From: Hormiphora californensis | Taxonomy: Eukaryota; Animalia; Ctenophora | Length of the DNA: 64,000 bases | Direction: 5' to 3' | Assembly: GCA_020137815.1 (NCBI GenBank) | Contig: CM035359.1 | Location: 5,022,001 to 5,086,000 of the forward strand | Shown: positions 41,301 through 49,900 of the stretch, piece by piece | Position numbering within the stretch: the stretch's first letter is position 1 | Layout: every line of letters starts with the position of its first letter | Made by a program: the position numbers and the translations under genes | The notes under the pieces: model-generated | Databases searched by the model: none | The model's input: only the letters and a program-made list of their open reading frames with translations | What the model was told of the DNA's origin: nothing

Positions 41301-43947
41301 ACTAATCAACTACTAATTACCCATATTGTACTCTCCCGATGCATCATCTGTGCTATCAAACACTATCCGCATGATGCTAACATCATTCCATTTTGTGTTA
41401 CATGCTGTGGCCGTAGTGACATCATAAGATTCCAGTAGCTGACCATTTACCTAAAGAAAAGTAGGGGGTTATAATTATAATAGACAGCTTGGAACTATGC
41501 TAGAGTTGGAAAATCTCAGACTCCGCAACCCGGATTGTTAGGGTTGCCCTTTACAAAGGTAGATATTAATATGGCATCTTAATATTCCTAATGCCGAGTT
41601 ACACGTGATTTCATACATACCGATATGAGGAATCGAGTTTTGGTTTTCTCAATCTTCCACGTGTTAGTAGCTCCCAGACCGGTCGGTGTTGTAGAGAAAG
41701 CTGGCATTGCAGTTGGGGTACAGTGCTCAATCCCATATTTCTAAAGTAAAATGTATGTTTATGTGCATTTCTAGACCCTCTTTTACCGCGCCCGATATTA
41801 ATACAACATATATGGCCTGGTGAAGGATGGTGAAGGATTAGGGTTAAAACATAACACACTCATTTTCAAGTGTATAACTCACATTATTGGAGAGATCAAT
41901 CGATACGCTTCCAATGGCAGCATTGTTTCCCCTCAGCTCAACCTTGATATTGCTGCCAGAGCTAGACTTGATCTCAAGAGGTCGTGCCATTAGATCCCAT
42001 TGAATCTTCTCATCTCGAGTAACGGCAACAAAATCTACGGAATCAGAAATTACTACTTTAGTAACGCGCCAATTCCTGACAATTACTACTTAATTAGCTT
42101 CATCAATGTCACCCCACTTAATTACCACTTAATTACCACTTAATTACTACTTAATTACCTTCATCAATGACTCCCCACTTAATAACCACTTAATTACAGC
42201 CCACTTAATTACCTTCATCAATGACTCCCCACTTCAAATCGGATGATGTAAAGCTAGTGGTAGTGTCACCCGCTGTACAGGACAATGCGACGGTATCACC
42301 AAGCCTGTTGACAGAATCCGAGCCGGCGAGAGCTGTGAGAGGGAGATAAGATGACAAAGAAGCAAAGAAACAAAAAAAACAAACAGACAAAGAAACAAAG
42401 AAACAAAGAAATAAACAAACATACAAACAAACAAACAAACAAACACACAAAAAAACAAAAAACAAAAAACAAACAAACAAACAAACAAACAAACAAACAA
42501 ACAAACAAACAAACAAACAAACAAACAAACACACAAAAAACAAACAAACAAACAAACAAACAAACAACAGACTCACTATAAGTGTTGATGTCATTTGACT
42601 CTGTGTCCTCTGGGTATGTCGATGTGGCACTGTTAACAGAGGTTCTAAAGACACACGTGTATGAAGCATCCGCAGTTAACTCTTTCTTTACATAGACTGA
42701 TGTATATGTTTCACCATCTACCGTCGTAGTGAACTATTATAAAAAAGGGGTGGTTTTTACTTTACTTTACTTTACTTACTTACTGTGTGGTGTTCAGGTA
42801 TTACAAATTTGCAAAGGAGGGAATTATAACATAACATTGTTTCATCAGTCTCCGTGGTGTTTGTCACTCCAATGAATAATAATATGTCAGATTTGGTTTA
42901 GACGTAACGGCATAGAAATGGGGTTTGCATTTGGTAGCTTAGTGGTATAGCTCCGAGCATGTCTCTCTGGAGGTCCCTGGTTCAATTCCCGGTAAAACCC
43001 AATATTTTTCGATTTTCTTGCCTTTCTACCTATTTAATTCTTGCTCAGATCTCTTTATTCAGAGTATAGAAATCACTCACGGTGTTAGTATCACTGGCAG
43101 TGATCTCAGAACTACCAGTTTTCCAGGCGAACTGAGGTTGGAAGTTAGCATCTCGAGAGATATCTGCCCGGGCAACGCAAGTCAGGGTCGCTGTGTCACC
43201 GACTAGGCTTTCCACTGTATTCACCGAACTGATATCTGATATATAAATGGGAGGCTGGTAGAGAGATATGTACATTGTACATTAACCTGTTGCTATGTCA
43301 ACCTTTTCAAGGAGACCGGGTTACCAAATTACAAAAGCTGAAATGCACTTACAGTAGGTAGTCACTTTGGTAGGTATTTCGAAGGTTTTTCCGTCTACAA
43401 CGATTTTGTAGGTGATATCAAAGTCAGTTCCAGGTGTCACCTTAGCCGATGGTATGACGATAGATGATCCAGCGCTGTTTGACCTATTGCAGAGATTAAC
43501 GATGAAAATTAATGTAGATCAGAAGAATACGTATAGAGTCAACAGCAGCTGTCAAACCTTGATTTACGCAAATTCACCCCGATTTATGGGGCATAAAACC
43601 CTTCCCCCGAGCATATATCCTATAGTAAATCAAACGCGGTTATAACTTACGATATAGTGTATCCGGAATAAATGCCGGCACCTTTACTGGTCACTGTGAG
43701 GGTATCAGAAGCAACGGAGAAGGTGTTTGTAGGAGAGAATGATGTTAGACCAGTTGAATCGATTGCAAAGGTAGTGGTAAATTCAGCACCAGCCAGGACA
43801 GCATTTGGCGACGTCTCCGTAACCGCTGCATCATAGATATTGTTTTGTTTAAGCCCGAAGAGAGGGTCGAATAATTAGCAAGTCAAAGAGTACTTATATA
43901 TAGTTAGTTAAACAAAAAGATCAACGTACAGAAAAATTCCTAAATCC

Positions 43948-43978
<31 letters not shown>

Positions 43979-46900
43979 CACCATATTTAGGCATAAATCA
44001 TGATATATGCGTCAATATATTCATCACATGATGGCGGTGGTGGCGAGTATAAAACTTACAGAAAAGTTCCCAAGCTGTGTCCTGTGTAAAGGAACCAGTC
44101 CAGGCGTAATCGTGGGTAATTTCACACTTAAAAACCTTGTTGGCCGCTTTCATTGCCTTCGCTCTGACTGCATCAACGTGAAGATACTCCTTGCCATTCT
44201 CTCCCGTCGAACTGCCGGGAAAGGGATATTATATCGGCTTGGGGAGACGGTAATATGTGTTATTCATGGTAATTTATGGTAATATGTGACCCTCTTAACT
44301 TCTAATTCCATAACTGAGATTCTGCTAAGTGTCGCTGCAGAATATTACAATACATTTCGGAAATTATATTATGAAAATAAGGACACACAACGCTCATTGG
44401 CAAAGTTTATTCCACTAGAGAATTAGGCCCACTTCCATGCTACCACCTCAGCTGTTCCTCTCTTTGAAAAAAAAAAATAAATGCCCCGGTTTAATCAACA
44501 AATATATATTGTATATCAACTTACTAAGCATAAACCTCGTTTTCCTTGTCATAGTGGTCAGCGTCAAACCAGTACGTTTCATCCTCAAAGGTCCACCTGA
44601 GAGGGTTATGTAATGCCTTTTATGGATGTATTGTAAGCGAAGATATTATCTATATCTTGTTCCTATATAATATTGTAAACTTCGATATACTCAAATATGT
44701 GGTAGTATCGTGTATAAATCTATTATACCAAAACTAATTAAAATTAGTAGGCCGGAAAGGTTGCCCTATGATTTGAGCTACCTTTGCCACCGTAACATTC
44801 ACGGGCTACAGGCAGGGTATAGATACTTCGTCTATATTCAAAAGGGAATGTGCCGGTGCCAAAGGTAGCTCAAATCATAGGGCAACCTTTCCGGCCTACT
44901 AATTTTAATTAGTTTTGGTATAATTTGCATCATTTTTGGGATTTTTTATCCATTTAGAACAGGTAAAATGACGTCACGATGTCATGACGTCACAATTAAA
45001 ACGTCATATCATCGGGATTACCTAGATAAAGATACTGACCAAGTTTGAGATCGATTGGATGAGATTTGAGTCCGCTATGGCGAAAAAACCCATATCGTCA
45101 TATCTATTTTTAAACAGTCATAACACTTCAGACGCGTTTTAAGACCCTTATACATGTAGTTTTGAAAATTCGCGATATAGTTTCTGAAAGTTTAGACAAT
45201 TCTCTTTCCATGATATAGTCTTCGTTTTTCGATTAGAATCCGTCTTCCGGGTGTAAATTGAACTCAAAGAATTTTGGTCAGAGTCTGAAAAATGACGACT
45301 TTAAGACGTTCTGTAGGACGTTCCTGGCGTTGAAAAGAGACCCCATATCGACTAATGCACACACATCCAGTAGATCTACCAGCTGTGAAAACGAGAAGTT
45401 TCTATCTCTTTTCGTTTGGCGTGAATATGGTTTACAAAAAGCGTCTCTCCTACGCGCGCGTATGCGCGTGTTACACTGAATTTATGGCAAATGGGACATA
45501 TCTATAACTTCGGTTCCAGATGAGATAGAGACTTGAAATTTTAAACTTGAGTCAAAGACCCCAAGCCGGGTATACATTCCAAATTTCAAGTCAAATGGAT
45601 GAAAGGGAGCCACGCTATAGCTCTTTTTCTTACTTGAAATGTAGACCAGCAATGAGACTAGAATCAATGCCAGATACTGAACAAGTTAAAATACTGTCTA
45701 CTTCCTCGTAAGTTTGGGTCATCTCGGAGGTCAATTCTGCAAAAATAATAGATTTTAAACATAAGTGTGGAGGCAAGTTGCCCGTGAAATAACACCTGCA
45801 GCTGCCAATGAAAATGGAACCTAAGTTGAGAACATGAATCATGCTGCCAGACCAAACCCAAAGAACCGAGACAAACCCCGCAAAACCAACCTCCAAACCA
45901 AACAGCCAGCAAACCTCCACCAAACCTCCAAACCTCCACCAACCTCCAAACCTCCAACAACCTCCAAACCTCCACCAAACCTCCCCCAACCTCCAAACCT
46001 CCAAACCTAAACGCAACCTAACCACACCTAACTCCGCCAAACACCAAGAGATCCGGAACAGCGGAAAGACCGAGACCCTCCGTCCACTAAGATGGTAAAT
46101 GTGGACACTCGCCAGAAACCGAGACTCAGATCGAACTCATCAGCCGTAAACCTGACACCGTTTCGGGGCTTTAATTCGGTACGGGTACACAAGGTACTAA
46201 GTCAGGCGCCCCGGCAATCTCGATAATCTGAGACCACCGTTCGATCTATACCCAGTTGCCCGGAATGAATGTGTCGACTGGGGTCCCTCACTGCCTCCCC
46301 CTTTGACAGGTTTATGACAGTAAGGGTACACCCGTCCAAACACACACTCCACTGCGAGGGCGAGTCTCAACCACTTCACTGCCTCCACTACTCCACATTC
46401 CTGTACTCCCACTCCTTCTTCGCCGAATGGAAGTAGATCCACATGGAACAGTGAGCAGCCTCTTTCCCCGTATCCTTAACCAGCTTCCTAAGACCCCTCC
46501 CTCTAAACCCAAGACGAGAAGCTGCTCTAACCAGACTATCCGCCACCTGCCCTCGAGCCCCAACCTCTACCGCCATATTAAAACACCTCCACCCATTAGA
46601 CTCACACTCCCTCTCAAGGTCCGTGTACCGTTCAATCTTGAGAGTATGGGCATCCCCTATTCTCTCTTCTGCAGGGCAAGTGAGCTCCCACCAGATCACC
46701 GTCTTTACCTCTCGCGAGAAGACAACAAGATCAGGCCTTAACCTGGTCTGGGCGATCTCCGCCGGGAACTTGAGCTGACTTCCGATGTCAGAGAGGACAA
46801 CCCAGTCCTTAGCGCCTGACAGGATCCCACACCCACTAACCCTCTTCTTCCCCTTCTTCTTCCCCTTCTTACCCTCTGCAACGAACTCGATACTCCGGGA

Positions 46901-49900
46901 CCCTCTCGTGGACCTCGATGCAGCGTTAGCACGGACCTCGCAGTGAAACTGTACCTGCTCGCCTATCTGCCGCAGGACCTTGTCATGCCGCCACCGGTAT
47001 CTCCCCTGACCCAGAGCCACCTTACAGCCGGTTAGAATATGGCGAATACTCCCTGGAGCATCACCACACAGCTTGCAAAGACCGTCTTCCCCTTCCTTCC
47101 ACTTCTTTGCAAGCGACGGCACGACAAGGGTTCCATAAACTGCTCTTAGGATGAAGCCTACCATTCCCTCCTTCATGTCGAATAGGCTTCTCCAGCTTAA
47201 CTCCATCGAGACCACATCCTCCCTCCAAGCTAACCACATCCCCTGAACCTCTAACTGCATGGTCTCTACAGTCCTCACCTGGTCTAACCTCTCTCGAACT
47301 CGCTCAATCACAACACCTCTCCTCTCGCTGTCCGACAGCTTCTCCCAAGGCTTTCGCCACTCACCGAAGCCAATCCCTGCCCTAGGGTATGGAGGAATCA
47401 TACCGCGGACTGCATCACACCGAACATCACTAACTGCCTCCTCTAACTCTTCCCCTGCTTTCCACTTCCTACCAGACCTGACAAGAGGCTGAAGCGCTAG
47501 GATAACTTCATCCTGTGAAGAACTGTAAGTCTGCTGCAATCTACACTTCTCCACTTTCCAGGTGTCAAGGAGGCTGTTCAACGGGAGCCGTACAGAAGAC
47601 TCCGAGTTGAACAGACAAAGTCTGCTAAGAGTGTGACCTCCACCCAACCACTTTCGCAGGAAACTGTTTACTGACTGTTCCCAGGCTGCTACGGTGGTCA
47701 ACGGGGTGTCGTAGATTGCCAGAGGCCACTTCATCTTAGGCAGAACAAGGTACTGGTAACCCCAGCACTTCTCCAAACCCGATAATCCACTCTCGTCCAA
47801 CCGTCCCATCCACAACTTCAGCTGGCGAGCTGTTTCCTCGATGGCGACGGTGTCCCTTACATCAGCCCGAATCCACCGACCAAGGAACTTAATCGGCTTC
47901 TCAGTAACGTTCGGGATCGTCTCACCCCCAAACGACAAACTCACCGACTCTACCACCTTACCTCCCTCCAACACCAGGGCCCGAGACTTAGATGACTTAA
48001 CAGTAAATCTCGCCCACTCCACAAACTCTCCAAACACCGACAACATAACTTGCATGTCACTCTGTGTGGCAGTGACGAGGCAACTGTCATCCATGAACAG
48101 CTTCAAAGGAGGGACCGGTGTGCCATCTTTCACGTAGGCCACACTACGCGGTATCTTGATGGCCAGATACTCCGATACCATGTTCATACACAGTACAAAC
48201 AAAATAACGGAGATGACACACCCCATGAATATTCCGACCTCGAACTGTTGCCAGTTCGATGTTACCTCCCTTGAACTGAACCTACCGAAGACTCCAGAAA
48301 AGTAACTCAGGACTATGTCCACGATCGGCTGTGGAACTCGATAGAACCGGAGAGCCTTGACGATCAAGAGGTGAGGCACGGCACCATAGGCATTCGCCAA
48401 ATCCAACCAGACCACCGACAGGTCCCGCCTCATAATCCTTGCGTCCTTCAAGGTCTCCCACATAGCCCCGAAGTGTTCCACACATCCACTTACCCCGGGA
48501 ACACCACCTTTCTGGATCCGCCTATCCACGTACCCATTCTCTACCACAAACTCTGTTAAGCGCCTCGCAAGTGTCCCTAGGTAGATCTTTCCCTGGACGT
48601 TACCTAAGGAAATCGGTCTACCAGTCGCCGGAGTGAAATCCCCTTCCCCCTTGGGAATGTACACTCCTTCAAACCAACGACAGTTTTCTGGATATCTCCG
48701 GTACTTAAAAGCAGACTTATTCAAGTTCCACAAGTTCCGGGAAATCTTAGGACACCGCTTGTACACCAAGTATGGGATGGCATTGGGACCTGGTGCACTT
48801 CTAGCGCGAGCCTTCTCCACCACCGACTGGTGTTCCTTCCAGGAGATAGGCTTCATGTTGAAAGCGACCTCTGGTTCAGGTGCAAAGTCTGGGAGCCCAG
48901 CTAGTACCCCGAGGGCCTTCCCCCGCTCAGGGTCTCCGTAGGTAGTCTGGAGATGTTGATCTAGCTGGTCCTTCGAGCAGCGCAGTTCCCCAACTGGACT
49001 CGGCTCTAAGATTTCCTTCACAGCTTTGAAGGGGCTCCTCTTGAACAGACCTCTCTGTCGCTTCCTTTCTCTCTCGTTCTCTCTCCTTCTCTCTGCATTC
49101 CTCAGCTTGGATAACTGGGAAGCAATCTCCCTCACCTTACCTTCCCAGCCTACCTTCCTCTCCGCCCTCACAACTCTCCTCTCCGCCACCAGGGACTCAA
49201 TCAACCTACACCTCCTACTCCGAAAGGGTTCCTTGCGGCCACCCTTCTTCACCTCCACCAGACCAAACATCTCTAGGCCAACCTCATACACAACCGTACA
49301 ATGAACATCCATCTTATCCTGGTACAAACAGCCAGCCTGCCCATCCCTTAACCTTTCAGAGACCGAATCCTCGTACTCTTTCCATCTACTATCTGTCCCC
49401 GATGGCCAGTTCACTCGTCTATTCCTTGCGGTAGGTGGTACTAATTCAGTGTTCATCTTCAGTAGGGCTGTGGTATCTTCAGCACTGTGGTTGTCGACCG
49501 GGCCAAATTCCCCACCCGAGCTTACAGGACCAGGTCCCTGCGTTGCCCCATCCACCTTCAATAAACACTTCATCTTCCCCCGATGAATATTCCTACCTCG
49601 CTGACTCGTGAACTCCTTCCCACAAACACATCTAAACGCCTCCGCGTTCACTTCCTTGCTCTCACCTCCAGTTGTCGAGGGCACTCGACTGTAATCCTTT
49701 GCTCGTGTCACAGGATACTGGAGGGGTTGCCACCCGGTCTGGATTGATTACCCAGGCACCCGTCTCTAAATAAAGACTCCTGGGGCTTGGGGAAAGCAGG
49801 AGGCACTGCACCAGGGCGGCTGTGGTAACAGTATTGTATAACCCCATCACACTCTCCCCTGACGGATCCGCCGACGCCGGAACCGCCACCGACACCCTGG

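Noticed and set aside
42920-43000. Functional tRNA gene
   Set aside because: A and B boxes are present but a cloverleaf cannot be formed.
46120-46170. Canonical hammerhead ribozyme from GAAAC..GTC..CTGATGAG
   Set aside because: Stems I and II do not pair convincingly; kept only as an unexplained structured motif.
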